From NCBI GenBank assembly GCA_031269995.1, contig JAISYI010000013.1, forward strand, positions 179-64,178: a stretch of 64,000 bases of DNA. The letters are read 5' to 3'. Shown in pieces: positions 48,232 through 57,759 of this stretch. Made by a program: the position numbers and the translations under genes. The DNA is from Holosporaceae bacterium (lineage in GTDB: Bacteria > Pseudomonadota > Alphaproteobacteria > UBA3830). The stretch's first letter is position 1, and every line of letters starts with the position of its first letter. Below the pieces are notes generated by a model, which was not told the DNA's origin, searched no databases, and saw nothing but the letters and a program-made list of their open reading frames with translations.

Positions 48232-48458
48232 TAAAACAACCAAACGATATGTAAATCATTACAGGAAATCTTGACGTTTTTCTATAGGCCTTTATTAAAT
48301 TTTATGAGGTTGGCTTGTGCCAGTAATGTTTTCGCAAAACGCAAGATTTGGTGTACCAAGTAAAGGCTACCAGAGCAGTATCATTTTATGATCGAATTTG
48401 AATTGATATTTGCCTCTGTAACGATTAGATTAGACCTGTGTTTGATGGGTTTTTTTGC

Positions 48459-48878
48459 ATGAAAAATTGTTGGATTCTTCTCTGTTGCTGTCTGAGTCTT
48501 TTGATTGCGTGTCAGCAGCGTATAAACTCCCGCGGGAATGTGACCGTGGAGGAGCACCTTGGTGATTTCGCTATTGGGAAGACAACTATGGATGAGGTAC
48601 TTACAAAGTGCGGGACTCCGTCTTTGCTCAGCGATGGTCGCACATGGATCTATGTGGGCCAGAAGGTGGAAGAGGACAATTTGAAGAACGTGAGACAGAC
48701 TTATCAGTTCATTATTCGACTTACCTTCGATGATAATAAGATTTTGCAATCCATTGATAGGGCAAAACCCATTGGAACCGATGCTATTCCTTCTAAATCT
48801 GAAGAGGTCATACATCTTATCAGCGAAAAAAGGGCCAAGTCTATGGTGGATGAGATAGTTGCTCGGAAGCATCCATAG
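48459..48878 (+). CDS. bamE: Outer membrane protein assembly factor BamE (SmpA/OmlA lipoprotein)
   Basis: Lipobox LLIAC, then RGNVTVEEHLGDFAIGKTTMDEVLTKCGTPSL...WIYVG, typical of alphaproteobacterial BamE. Confidence 0.7.
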   Translation: MKNCWILLCCCLSLLIACQQRINSRGNVTVEEHLGDFAIGKTTMDEVLTKCGTPSLLSDGRTWIYVGQKVEEDNLKNVRQTYQFIIRLTFDDNKILQSIDRAKPIGTDAIPSKSEEVIHLISEKRAKSMVDEIVARKHP

Positions 48879-48883
48879 CTGTC

Positions 48884-50374
48884 GTGACGTCGATGTTGCT
48901 CGCTGTGATTCGGAAGGCATCATGGAATGGCAAGACCTGGTTTATTGTGGCGTGGTCGGCTGTGCTTGTTCTAATACCAATGATTACTCGCAACGTTATT
49001 CCAAACGACATGGTGGAGAACCTCTATTGGGGGAAGGAACTGCAGCTTGGCTACGGCAAACATCCTCCGTTATTCGCTTGGATCTCATATTTTTTCTACC
49101 GACTATGTTTTTCCTGTCCTGAATCTCTCTACATCCTGACACAGCTGAATTTGCTGCTGGGTTTTTACTTTATTTTCAGAATCTCATCACTGATTTTTAA
49201 TCAGTCTGAGCGGGGGGGAGCGGAAGCGCTCGAACGATCCAGAGGATCAGTATTAATCTTCATGGCTTCGATTTGCTCGGTATTCGGAAACGAAAAATTC
49301 AACGCAAATACAATATTGATGTCAATGGTTCCTGCAATGCATTACTTTTTCCTCTGCCTGTTGAAGTATAAAAGGGTCAGAGATGCGGTACTGGTTGGGG
49401 TTTTTGCTGCGCTAGCCTTTCTTGGCAAATATTTTGCCTTCCTATACATTGGATGTATGGGATTATTTCTGCTTTGGGATGAAAGATGTCGCGTCATGTT
49501 AATTCGCCCACAGATCTACGTCGCTGCACTGGTTTTCTTTGGCTGTATCTCTTGGCATTTAGCATGGATGGTTCAGAACAACTTTGTATCCCTAAAATAC
49601 GCGCTGGACAAGTCTACCAACTGGCCAACCAATCGCTGGTCCGCGTTTAATTTTTTACTAATGCAATTTTTATTTTTCTCAACCTCATTTGTCTCCGTTG
49701 CTCAAGCCTGTCGCAAAAAAATACGGTTTTTACCAAGAGAACGTTATTCAATGGAAGAAAATTTTGTTCTGTTTTCCACCATCGCGCCAAACGTTATCTT
49801 GTTTATAGTATCGCTAGTCACCGGTATGCGTATTGGAAGTTTTTGGGGAACGAATATGCTTATGATGGTGGGCATTTATCTGCAGATTCTAAACAAGTCG
49901 ATTAATTACGAGCGCTTGCTCGCTTTTGTTAAGAGAATATCGATTTTGTTTACGGTAATTCTACTATGCAAGCTGAGCGTAGTACGGATTTTTCTGCGGC
50001 ATCATTACCCAGAATTTTCACTAAACTTTGCTTCCGTCGCTCGGAGAATAGATTCTGATTGGAAACAGAAATTTGGAGGAAGAAAAATAGAAGTTCTTAG
50101 AGCAGACAAGGCCTGCGCAGCTTTGCACATGTATCTAAAAGATTCTCCATCCAGCTATGATGTGGAGAAGTGCGAAGTTTTCAGCATAAACGATTTTCGC
50201 CCGCTCGGCAAATCCTCGGTCATGGCGCTTTTGTGCTCAAAAGGTGATAGCAAAATTGCCTATGCCCGCAGTCTCCACAAAGAAAAAGACATTCTGTTTG
50301 AAAATACCATCCCGGTTATCGATGATTTCCTTCTATACTACGCCTTTCTAAACATGAAGGATGACTGCGAATGA
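48884..50374 (+). CDS. GT-C fold membrane glycosyltransferase (GT39/GT83, ArnT/PMT-like)
   Basis: Polytopic protein with the first-loop motif NLYWGKELQLGYGKHPPLFAWISYFF. Coupled by an ATGA overlap to a GT2 polyprenyl-phosphate glycosyltransferase gene. Confidence 0.65.
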   Translation: MTSMLLAVIRKASWNGKTWFIVAWSAVLVLIPMITRNVIPNDMVENLYWGKELQLGYGKHPPLFAWISYFFYRLCFSCPESLYILTQLNLLLGFYFIFRISSLIFNQSERGGAEALERSRGSVLIFMASICSVFGNEKFNANTILMSMVPAMHYFFLCLLKYKRVRDAVLVGVFAALAFLGKYFAFLYIGCMGLFLLWDERCRVMLIRPQIYVAALVFFGCISWHLAWMVQNNFVSLKYALDKSTNWPTNRWSAFNFLLMQFLFFSTSFVSVAQACRKKIRFLPRERYSMEENFVLFSTIAPNVILFIVSLVTGMRIGSFWGTNMLMMVGIYLQILNKSINYERLLAFVKRISILFTVILLCKLSVVRIFLRHHYPEFSLNFASVARRIDSDWKQKFGGRKIEVLRADKACAALHMYLKDSPSSYDVEKCEVFSINDFRPLGKSSVMALLCSKGDSKIAYARSLHKEKDILFENTIPVIDDFLLYYAFLNMKDDCE

Positions 50375-51321
50375 CGAATGAGGCAGAGAAAGCAGAGAAA
50401 AAAGAAGTTAGCATTATTGTGCCTTTTTACAACGAAGGAGAGTCTGTAAAAGCTTTCTTTCAAGCGGTTATTCCTATTCTCCGGCGGATGGAGCATAGCT
50501 TCCAGATCCTGTGCATCAACGACGGCAGCGAAGATAATACGCTGGAGAGACTTCTGGAAATGAAGAAAGAACATCCGGAGATAAAAATCATAGATTTTTC
50601 AAGAAATTTTGGAAAAGATGCTGCGATTACCGCAGGACTAGATCTGTCAGAAGGAAACTGCGTCATTCCGATGGATTGTGACCTGCAGGATCCTCCAGAG
50701 TTGCTAATCGACATGATAGAAAAATGGAATGAAGAGGGTGTAGACGTAGTGCTAGCTAGGAGAACGGATCGCTCTGCGGATCCCATGATAAAGCGCGTTA
50801 CAGCAGAGCTTTTTTATAAGATATACAATAGGCTATCTGATCCAAAGCTGCCAGAGAACGTGGGGGATTTTCGGCTGATGAGCAGAAAAGTCGTAGATGC
50901 TCTCAAGGTTTTTCCAGAACGTAGGCGTTTTATGAAGGGCCTCTTTGCCTTCGTCGGATTTAGCACCGCTGTTGTGGAATACAAGCGTCCGGGAAGGAAC
51001 AGTGGAACTTCACGATGGTCCTACCTGAAACTATGGAACTACGCTGTTGACGGGATAACATCGTTTTCCACGTTTCCTCTAAAGGTTTCCACCTATCTTG
51101 GATTACTTGTGACTGCGCTATCCATGTCTCGCGGCATCTGGATATTGTTCAGAACAATGGTCTTCGGAGTGGACATACCAGGATATGCATCGCTGATTGT
51201 AGCGATACTATTTCTCGGGGGAATTCAGCTGACATGCCTTGGCGTCATCGGAGAATACGTAGGGCGTATATATATTGAGTCGAAGCAACGTCCTCTCTAT
51301 ATAATTAAAGAAATTATCTGA
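50371..51321 (+). CDS. GT2 polyprenyl-phosphate sugar synthase (GtrB/ArnC/DPM1-like)
   Basis: VSIIVPFYNEGES, INDGSEDNT, PMDCDLQDPPE and FRLMSRKV motifs, with two C-terminal TM helices. Confidence 0.8.
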   Translation: MTNEAEKAEKKEVSIIVPFYNEGESVKAFFQAVIPILRRMEHSFQILCINDGSEDNTLERLLEMKKEHPEIKIIDFSRNFGKDAAITAGLDLSEGNCVIPMDCDLQDPPELLIDMIEKWNEEGVDVVLARRTDRSADPMIKRVTAELFYKIYNRLSDPKLPENVGDFRLMSRKVVDALKVFPERRRFMKGLFAFVGFSTAVVEYKRPGRNSGTSRWSYLKLWNYAVDGITSFSTFPLKVSTYLGLLVTALSMSRGIWILFRTMVFGVDIPGYASLIVAILFLGGIQLTCLGVIGEYVGRIYIESKQRPLYIIKEII

Positions 51322-51452
51322 CCAGTCAAAGCTCCTATCCATGGGACCAGTATTTCTTGGCGCTTTATCAATTTTTTTCTGGTTATTACTCGGGATCAAT
51401 CCTTTGCCATCCTTTCTTTTGAGGAAAGGCGTGGTTTAGAGAGTAGTGGGCT

Positions 51453-52235
51453 CTAAAGTGATGGCAGCAATCCTTGGTACACGGATCCTCTGCTCACCTC
51501 CATCCCGGATTTTTGCAGAAGCTCTGCTTTCAACAGGTGGTGTATTGCGCCATCGTTTACCGATTTCTGCCAGTTGAAACCCGATTGTTTCATAATTTTC
51601 ACTTTTATTACCGATTGCAGCAAAAAACGGATAAGTGGAACGACAGCGAGGTCTCGCAGGAAAGATTGTCGACAAGAGGAGCAGTTCTGGACATCATCTA
51701 AGTTTACGTCTGGCGACAAAAGCGATAATTTTGAAAAAAAGGAAAATAATTCCTCATCAACGTTGGCCAAAATTTTCGTGATTTCATTACGCGTTGTCTG
51801 CGGAGTATCTGGGAAAAACATCTGCACCAGCGAGTTCAATGTCGGCTCATTGTTGAATGACGCCACGGCTAGCGCCCTGCTTTTCGCCATGTGATCTGTA
51901 ATTTTTTTGGATTTCAAATAGCTTCCGCTCTCCAGCATAAAAACTGAATTTTTCTCATTTAGCAACATCTCCACCTTTTTCTGATGATTATCCTCTATAT
52001 TTTTTATGCAAAAGCAGCTTAATCCAGTGTCGAACAAGTCGCATTGTCCATCCAATATATTCACGCATTCAGCAATGGAACAAAAAGTTACGCGAACCTC
52101 GGAGAATTTCTTCCGCAGTTCCTCCACCACAAAATTGCAGAAGACATTGAAGGTTTTTTTGTTATTTCCATAGAGATAAAAGACACTTCCCCGACTAATG
52201 CCCGCGGCGTTGATATTTTTAAATTCCATCTTCAC
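51453..52235 (-). CDS. Hypothetical protein, possibly a short DNA polymerase III delta (HolA)-like subunit
   Basis: Weak pattern only: VFYLYGNN near the N-terminus and NVDEELFSFFSKLSLLSPDVNLDDVQ, resembling the HolA EleKL block. At 260 aa it is shorter than typical HolA. Confidence 0.3.
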   Translation of the reverse strand: MKMEFKNINAAGISRGSVFYLYGNNKKTFNVFCNFVVEELRKKFSEVRVTFCSIAECVNILDGQCDLFDTGLSCFCIKNIEDNHQKKVEMLLNEKNSVFMLESGSYLKSKKITDHMAKSRALAVASFNNEPTLNSLVQMFFPDTPQTTRNEITKILANVDEELFSFFSKLSLLSPDVNLDDVQNCSSCRQSFLRDLAVVPLIRFLLQSVIKVKIMKQSGFNWQKSVNDGAIHHLLKAELLQKSGMEVSRGSVYQGLLPSL

Positions 52236-52280
52236 CTTTTTTGTCTTCCCCTTTTCTCTCCCATGACTCTGCGCATCATC

Positions 52281-53675
52281 TTACTTTTTCCAGAATTGTT
52301 TTGTGAATATTGCCGCAAATGCGACGAACTCCAATCGACCAGCAATCATTGACACAATTAATATCACCTTCGCGGATGGAGCGAGGGCATATAATTCCTC
52401 TGCTGTCGCTCTGTGCGATCCGAAAAACGGACCATTGTTATTGATGGACGTTAGTACCGCTCCGAACGCCTGACCCAAATCCATATCACAGATCGCTAGT
52501 AGAAAGGCTGTCAGAGCTGCGAATATTAGGTAGCAAAGGAAATAGGAAAACAAACTAGTGATATCACTTTCTTCCAATTTTTTTCCGCTATAGGTCAAGA
52601 CGTAGACTGCGTTACGCCTTGTTAGTTGCATCAAATGTCCTTTGATTATCACAAAAACCATCAACAAGCGGAAAATTTTGATGCCTCCAGTACAGGACCC
52701 TGCGCATCCTCCGCAGAAACTTAGCATATATAGAAAAGATTCAATTACAGGAGAATACTTTTGCGTTGCAAAACAGCCAGTTGTTGTCAGTGAGGAAACA
52801 ACCGCTAGTAGGGACGCTTGCGTCGCGTCATAGAAGGAGCTGTCTGACAAAAAAAGCATCTGATATACGAGCATAGCCATAGAACCTATGAAAATCACTA
52901 GGCAATAGCATAAAAACTGTCTTTCATGAAATGCTGCTGAGCCGACAGTTTCTAGATTTTTTAGGATAGTAATCGGGACACCACTGATAAACATAAGAAC
53001 AAGAAGAATAAGCTTCCAGTGGCCCGCTGGTGGAGTGATTCCGGAGATTCCTCCGCTGGATACTGCATCCAAAGCGCTGCAGACGGCTTCCATTGCTGCC
53101 ATGCCTGTTCCTGCCAGGAGTAATGATCCCACGGCTGCTGATATGACATACACCGCCCCAAGAATTTTTAGATAGCGTGTCCATAGAGCGGTTCTGCCCA
53201 TGTAGTTCCACGCCACTGCCGGAATCCAAAAATTAGGCAGCACATAAATCCATAGCGCAATAAACCCTATTCCGCCGAATAGCTGCAGCAGACTACGCCA
53301 AAGTAGCAAGCCGTCGGATAGATCTCTCGCGTTTGGGATAATTGAACCGCCAGTCGTTGTCAGAGCAGAGGTCGTCTCAAAAAAACAGTCTAGGAAAGAT
53401 GTTCCAGAAATAGAGGCGGTGAAAAACGGTAAAGAGGCGAGGAGGGGAACAGAGATACATGTCAGCAGCATTGACAATATCTTCTCCCTTAGAATCAATG
53501 CTTCTTTATTTTCATAGGAAAGAAACAGCACTCCACCGAGAAAACAGCAGAACATTCCGCTGATTATGAACCCCAATCCGGCATTCTGCGAGAGGTCTAC
53601 GCAGGCTGGAATCATCATAACTCCTGCAAGTGCCAGGAATACCATTCCCTGCACATTAAGAACTTTGCGAATCAT
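52281..53675 (-). CDS. trkH: TrkH/KtrB-family potassium uptake membrane protein
   Basis: Polytopic protein with repeated selectivity-filter-like segments (TTTGGS, SSGGISG, TTTGCF, CTGGIK). Confidence 0.8.
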   Translation of the reverse strand: MIRKVLNVQGMVFLALAGVMMIPACVDLSQNAGLGFIISGMFCCFLGGVLFLSYENKEALILREKILSMLLTCISVPLLASLPFFTASISGTSFLDCFFETTSALTTTGGSIIPNARDLSDGLLLWRSLLQLFGGIGFIALWIYVLPNFWIPAVAWNYMGRTALWTRYLKILGAVYVISAAVGSLLLAGTGMAAMEAVCSALDAVSSGGISGITPPAGHWKLILLVLMFISGVPITILKNLETVGSAAFHERQFLCYCLVIFIGSMAMLVYQMLFLSDSSFYDATQASLLAVVSSLTTTGCFATQKYSPVIESFLYMLSFCGGCAGSCTGGIKIFRLLMVFVIIKGHLMQLTRRNAVYVLTYSGKKLEESDITSLFSYFLCYLIFAALTAFLLAICDMDLGQAFGAVLTSINNNGPFFGSHRATAEELYALAPSAKVILIVSMIAGRLEFVAFAAIFTKQFWKK

Positions 53676-53718
53676 CCAATCCTCTTTTCAGCACCGTTAG
53701 GTTGTTAATCGTGCTAGG

Positions 53719-54726
53719 CTATCTGGAGAAATAAAAGTCCATCGTTTTAATCAGAAGCTCGTCCAGACCAACCTCCGGTTCCCAGTCCAGCAACCTTTTG
53801 GCATTCTCTATGGATGGCACCCGTTTGGAAACGTCCTGATAGGATTTCCCATAGTAATCATTGGAATTAGCGATCTTGATTTTTACCATGTTGCCTCTGC
53901 CATACTTCTTTTTAGCAAGGTCAAGTATTTTTTGTGCCAGTGTTGCAATGCTGCATTCATTATGGGGATTCCCGATATTGATTATTTGCCTATCGACATG
54001 ATCGCTTTCCAAAATTTTCATAAGGGCCCCAATGCCGTCTGAGATATAGGTGAAGCAGCGAGTCTGGTGGCCTCCGTTCACTAGATTAATGTCGCGACCG
54101 TGCAGAATGTTGCTCAAAAACTGCGTTACCACACGGGAACTTCCTTGTTCTGCGTTGCTGATGTCGTCTAGGCGAGGACCAACCCAGTTGAATGGGCGGA
54201 ACAAAGTATAACGCAGGCCGTCTCTGCTTCCGTAGGCATGGATCACGCGGTCCAGCATTTGTTTGCAGCAGGAATAGATCCATCTTTGTTTGCAGATCGG
54301 TCCGGTCACGCAAGGAGAATACTCCTCATCGAATTCGTTATCTTTGCACATTCCATAAACTTCAGATGTCGACGGAAAGATCAGCCGCTTTCCATGGGTT
54401 ACTACAGATTTTACTACTCGCAGATTGGCTTCAAAGTCCAGCTCGAACACTTTCAGCGGATTTTGTACATAGATTGCCGGATTTGCGACAGCTGCCAGAG
54501 GAAAAATTACGTCGCACTCCTTTATCAACTCATCAACGGAATCCATATCAGTCAATATGTTGATCTGAATAGTACGTAGCTGCTTGTCTTGCAGCAGATG
54601 CTCGATCTTTACGAATGAAATATCCACGGCTGTTACGTGCCAATCTCTGCGCAACGCCAAAATCTTCTCGCAAAGATGACTGCCGATGAAACCGCCGGCT
54701 CCGATGATCAATATACGCATAGTCAC
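53719..54726 (-). CDS. Stand-alone ArnA C-terminal-domain-type UDP-glucuronate decarboxylase (SDR)
   Basis: GAGGFIGSHL Rossmann motif. A long block FPSTSEVYGMC...RWIYSCCKQMLDRVIHAYG...FRPFNWVGPRLD...INIGNP...YYGKSYQDV...LDWEP closely parallels the E. coli ArnA dehydrogenase domain as recalled. No N-terminal formyltransferase domain is present. Confidence 0.75.
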   Translation of the reverse strand: MTMRILIIGAGGFIGSHLCEKILALRRDWHVTAVDISFVKIEHLLQDKQLRTIQINILTDMDSVDELIKECDVIFPLAAVANPAIYVQNPLKVFELDFEANLRVVKSVVTHGKRLIFPSTSEVYGMCKDNEFDEEYSPCVTGPICKQRWIYSCCKQMLDRVIHAYGSRDGLRYTLFRPFNWVGPRLDDISNAEQGSSRVVTQFLSNILHGRDINLVNGGHQTRCFTYISDGIGALMKILESDHVDRQIINIGNPHNECSIATLAQKILDLAKKKYGRGNMVKIKIANSNDYYGKSYQDVSKRVPSIENAKRLLDWEPEVGLDELLIKTMDFYFSR

Positions 54727-55682
54727 TCGTCCTTTTTTTCCAGTACTTCGCGAATCACGAAGCGTGGATGTTGGCAGACGGCAAAATAGGCTCTTCCAAG
54801 GTATTCACCAAGCAGTCCAACTCCTAGGATGATTACACTCAAAAGTAGAAAAACGAATGCAAAGTGCAGCCCATACCCATGATGATGTCCGATAACTTTC
54901 TTGAACAACTCAACAAAGAAGTACACACCACTGAGGAAAGAAATTACCATACCGATGATGGTGAAAATTTGGAGAGGAGCTAGCGAAAATCCAGTGAGCA
55001 GGTCGAAGGCTATGCGGATCAGTTTGTAGAGATTATATTTAGATCCACCGGCCGCACGCTCATCGTGTGCAACGGGGATATCTATAGGATTTCCGGCGAA
55101 TTTTTGAGCAAGGGCAGTGATGAAAGTGGAAGTTTCTCTGGTTTTTACCACCTCGTCTACGATAAATTTTTTGTAGGCCCTTAGCATGCAGCCGTGGTCT
55201 TTCATTTCTAGGCCAGTCGCCTTGGCTCTGATGAAATTGATGGTTCTGGAGGCATAGGTTCGGAAAAAGCTATCTTGGCGTTTTGCTCTGTAGCCGCCGA
55301 CTAGGTCATAGCCATCGTCTATCTTTTTAAGTAGATTCGGTATCTCTTCAGGTGGATTCTGTAGATCAGCGTCGAGGGTTACAACGACGTCTCCGCGTAC
55401 ATAGCCGAATCCTGCCAAAATCGCTACGTATTGCCCATAATTTCCGTTGAAGGTAACGACTCTTACTACGTCAGAGCGCCTCACAAAAAGTTTTCGCAGC
55501 TCTTGCGGTGTTTCGTCTCGGCTCCCATCGTCCACAAAAATTATCTCATACCCTTTCCTGACCCCGTCCATGATCTTCAACAGACGAGCTCCCAACTGCG
55601 CTATGTTTTCTTGTTCATTAAAAACGGGAATAACCACCGATACCTCGATGTGCGCGTGAACGGATTTTTTAGCTTTTTGCAA
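54723..55682 (-). CDS. arnC: ArnC-like undecaprenyl-phosphate aminoarabinose-type glycosyltransferase (GT2)
   Basis: VSVVIPVFNEQENI, FVDDGSRDET and LDADLQNPPEEI motifs, with two C-terminal TM helices. Sits in an operon between ArnE/F-like and ArnA-DH-like genes. Confidence 0.7.
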   Translation of the reverse strand: MQKAKKSVHAHIEVSVVIPVFNEQENIAQLGARLLKIMDGVRKGYEIIFVDDGSRDETPQELRKLFVRRSDVVRVVTFNGNYGQYVAILAGFGYVRGDVVVTLDADLQNPPEEIPNLLKKIDDGYDLVGGYRAKRQDSFFRTYASRTINFIRAKATGLEMKDHGCMLRAYKKFIVDEVVKTRETSTFITALAQKFAGNPIDIPVAHDERAAGGSKYNLYKLIRIAFDLLTGFSLAPLQIFTIIGMVISFLSGVYFFVELFKKVIGHHHGYGLHFAFVFLLLSVIILGVGLLGEYLGRAYFAVCQHPRFVIREVLEKKDE

Positions 55683-56031
55683 TTAACGCTACTCCGATTA
55701 ATATTAACAAAATGCCACAGCCGCGGCATAGACTAATATTCTCCGCGAAAAAAAACCAGCCGCCCAGCGCGGCCAGAACGTAGGATAGACTACCGAATGG
55801 ATAAAGGAAACTCAGATCAAACTGCGACAATAGATAAAGCCATAATAGAAGCGAAAAAACAAATATGAGAACTCCGCCGAATATGTGCGTGTTTGATATC
55901 ACCGCTAGAAGTAACTCCAATGTTGGCTTTCTGAAATCGACCGAACCTACTCCTTTCTTTAGCAGAAGCTGCGCAAATGTGTTTATGATGACCTGGAACA
56001 CTATTAGTGTAAAGCTAACAGTTTTTTGCAT
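55669..56031 (-). CDS. ArnE/ArnF-like small 4-TM (EamA/SMR-type) flippase subunit
   Basis: A 120-aa protein with four hydrophobic helices, positioned between arnT and arnC as in arn operons. Confidence 0.55.
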   Translation of the reverse strand: MQKTVSFTLIVFQVIINTFAQLLLKKGVGSVDFRKPTLELLLAVISNTHIFGGVLIFVFSLLLWLYLLSQFDLSFLYPFGSLSYVLAALGGWFFFAENISLCRGCGILLILIGVALIAKS

Positions 56032-56041
56032 TTTTATTATC

Positions 56042-57739
56042 TCATTTATTTGTTATGACGATAAAAGCATCGTCTATATCTAAAACATTGTGCCACGGAA
56101 GATTCCTCATCGAGAGCAACTTTTGACAATTCTCCCTTGATAGCAGTAGGAAAATTCGTCGGTTAGTTTCTTTCCACAATTTCCAGAACGCATCTTCTCC
56201 CATCAGCCTATCGTCACTCTTTTCCGCATTAGCCCCGAACTCTAGTTCACCAACGAAGTCTACAACACCGACTGTTGAATTCAAATAGACGGGAAAGTCT
56301 TGATAATATCTTTTGTAGCAGAACACCAAATCCCCTTCTCTTCGATTTAGCTGAATAGCTTCCGCTAGTCTTCTGGTGGAAGGTTTTTTCACTTTCTGGT
56401 AGTACACTGCAGCCTTATTGATAATCCACATCATGTTCATCCCACAAAAAATGTAGATGATAAATGAGACAATTTTGGAAATCCGAAAAAAAAGGAAATG
56501 GACAATCGTCATTGCAAGCAAAAATCCTGAGAAAATGATTAATAGAAGCTGGGCTTGTTTGTTGCTAAGCACGTCAGAGATATCTAAATTCGATATTTGC
56601 GCAAAATACAGTAAAATCACACCTCCGATCACACCGATATTGATCGAAATTGCTGCTTTAAAACCTTTGAAGTTTCTTTTTGCAAGATCGTCCAGCGCGA
56701 TTCCTGTTATCAATGCAATGGGCGGCAAAATTGGCAGGATATATGGTATGAGTTTCGAGCTGGAAAGGGAGAAAAATGAGAAAATCCAAAAAATCCAACA
56801 GATAAAAAACACATTTTCTTCGTCGTGCTTAAACGCTTTTTGGCAGGCATTTTTCAGTGATATCAGAACAAATCCAGTCCAAGGCAGCAGTCCTACTGTC
56901 AGAATCGCTAGGAAAAACCATCCCGGCTGGTATCTGTGATGGATGGTCGATATGTATCTCTGAAAATGCTCTACTATGAAATAGAAATGCAGAAAGTCGT
57001 CATGATGCAGGCACATTAGGATATGCCATGGAAGGAATATCGCAAAAAACACCAGAATCCCTGGCCAATGCAACATTTCTCTGATTTTCATCCAATTTCT
57101 CGTGCAGATAACCCAGGTTAGTGCAATAACTCCTGGAAGTACGGCTCCAATCAGTCCTTTGGTGAGACATGCTAGCGCTGACAGAGCATATGACGCCACG
57201 ATGTAATAAGGTCTTGCTAAGCCAGCAGATCGTTTTGCAACAAAAGCAATAAAGAAGCACCAAAGGGCTCCACTCATCAAAACAGTAAGAACTAAGTCCA
57301 AAATTATCAATCTACTGTGAGCATAATATAGAATATTTGTCGCAAGGACAGCAGAAGATATTAGTCCGACTACGCTGGAATAGCTTCTTGCGCCAATCCA
57401 AAACACTCCCAGGCATCCAAGGATTGCGAAAATAACAGGCCATAGCCTCATAGAAGTTTCATTTATTCCGAAAACTTGCATTGAAGCCACCTGCATCCAA
57501 TAGAACAGAGGAGGTTTTTCGAAGTATTTCAATCCATTTAGGCGTGGAGTAACGAAATCACCCGTTTCAACCATCTCGCGCGGGATCTCCACGTAGCGCC
57601 CTTCGTCAGGATCTGCGAAGGGCCGATTGCCCATCTCGTAGAAAAAAAAAATCGTTAAAACAATAGTCAGAAAAAAACCTATCCGGGTTTTTCCTAGGCT
57701 ATCTAAATCGATTAATTTTTTACGTAGATTCTTTTGCAC
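56042..57739 (-). CDS. arnT: ArnT-family lipid A/glycolipid 4-amino-4-deoxy-L-arabinose-type transferase (GT83)
   Basis: RPFADPDEGRYVEIPREMVETGDFVTPRLNGLKYFEKPPLFYWM is the hallmark ArnT N-terminal loop. About 13 TM segments plus a C-terminal periplasmic domain. Confidence 0.8.
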   Translation of the reverse strand: MQKNLRKKLIDLDSLGKTRIGFFLTIVLTIFFFYEMGNRPFADPDEGRYVEIPREMVETGDFVTPRLNGLKYFEKPPLFYWMQVASMQVFGINETSMRLWPVIFAILGCLGVFWIGARSYSSVVGLISSAVLATNILYYAHSRLIILDLVLTVLMSGALWCFFIAFVAKRSAGLARPYYIVASYALSALACLTKGLIGAVLPGVIALTWVICTRNWMKIREMLHWPGILVFFAIFLPWHILMCLHHDDFLHFYFIVEHFQRYISTIHHRYQPGWFFLAILTVGLLPWTGFVLISLKNACQKAFKHDEENVFFICWIFWIFSFFSLSSSKLIPYILPILPPIALITGIALDDLAKRNFKGFKAAISINIGVIGGVILLYFAQISNLDISDVLSNKQAQLLLIIFSGFLLAMTIVHFLFFRISKIVSFIIYIFCGMNMMWIINKAAVYYQKVKKPSTRRLAEAIQLNRREGDLVFCYKRYYQDFPVYLNSTVGVVDFVGELEFGANAEKSDDRLMGEDAFWKLWKETNRRIFLLLSRENCQKLLSMRNLPWHNVLDIDDAFIVITNK

Positions 57740-57759
57740 GCGTATTTCACCATATATAC

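Noticed and set aside
46870-48243. Calling the OMP a TpsB/Omp85 two-partner-secretion transporter
   Set aside because: It is too short, has no POTRA-like N-terminal domains, and the giant proteins show no TPS-domain NPNL/NPNGI motifs. The idea is retained only as a loose functional analogy in the findings.
39135-48243. Mobile-element boundaries of the island (integrase, IS, direct repeats, tRNA target)
   Set aside because: None was found on reading the flanks (38989-39134, 46586-46869, 48244-48437). The island is therefore not annotated as a mobile element.
48381-48923. 180-aa minus-strand ORF
   Set aside because: It lies antisense to bamE, which has a lipobox and the SmpA/OmlA pattern. The plus-strand call is preferred.
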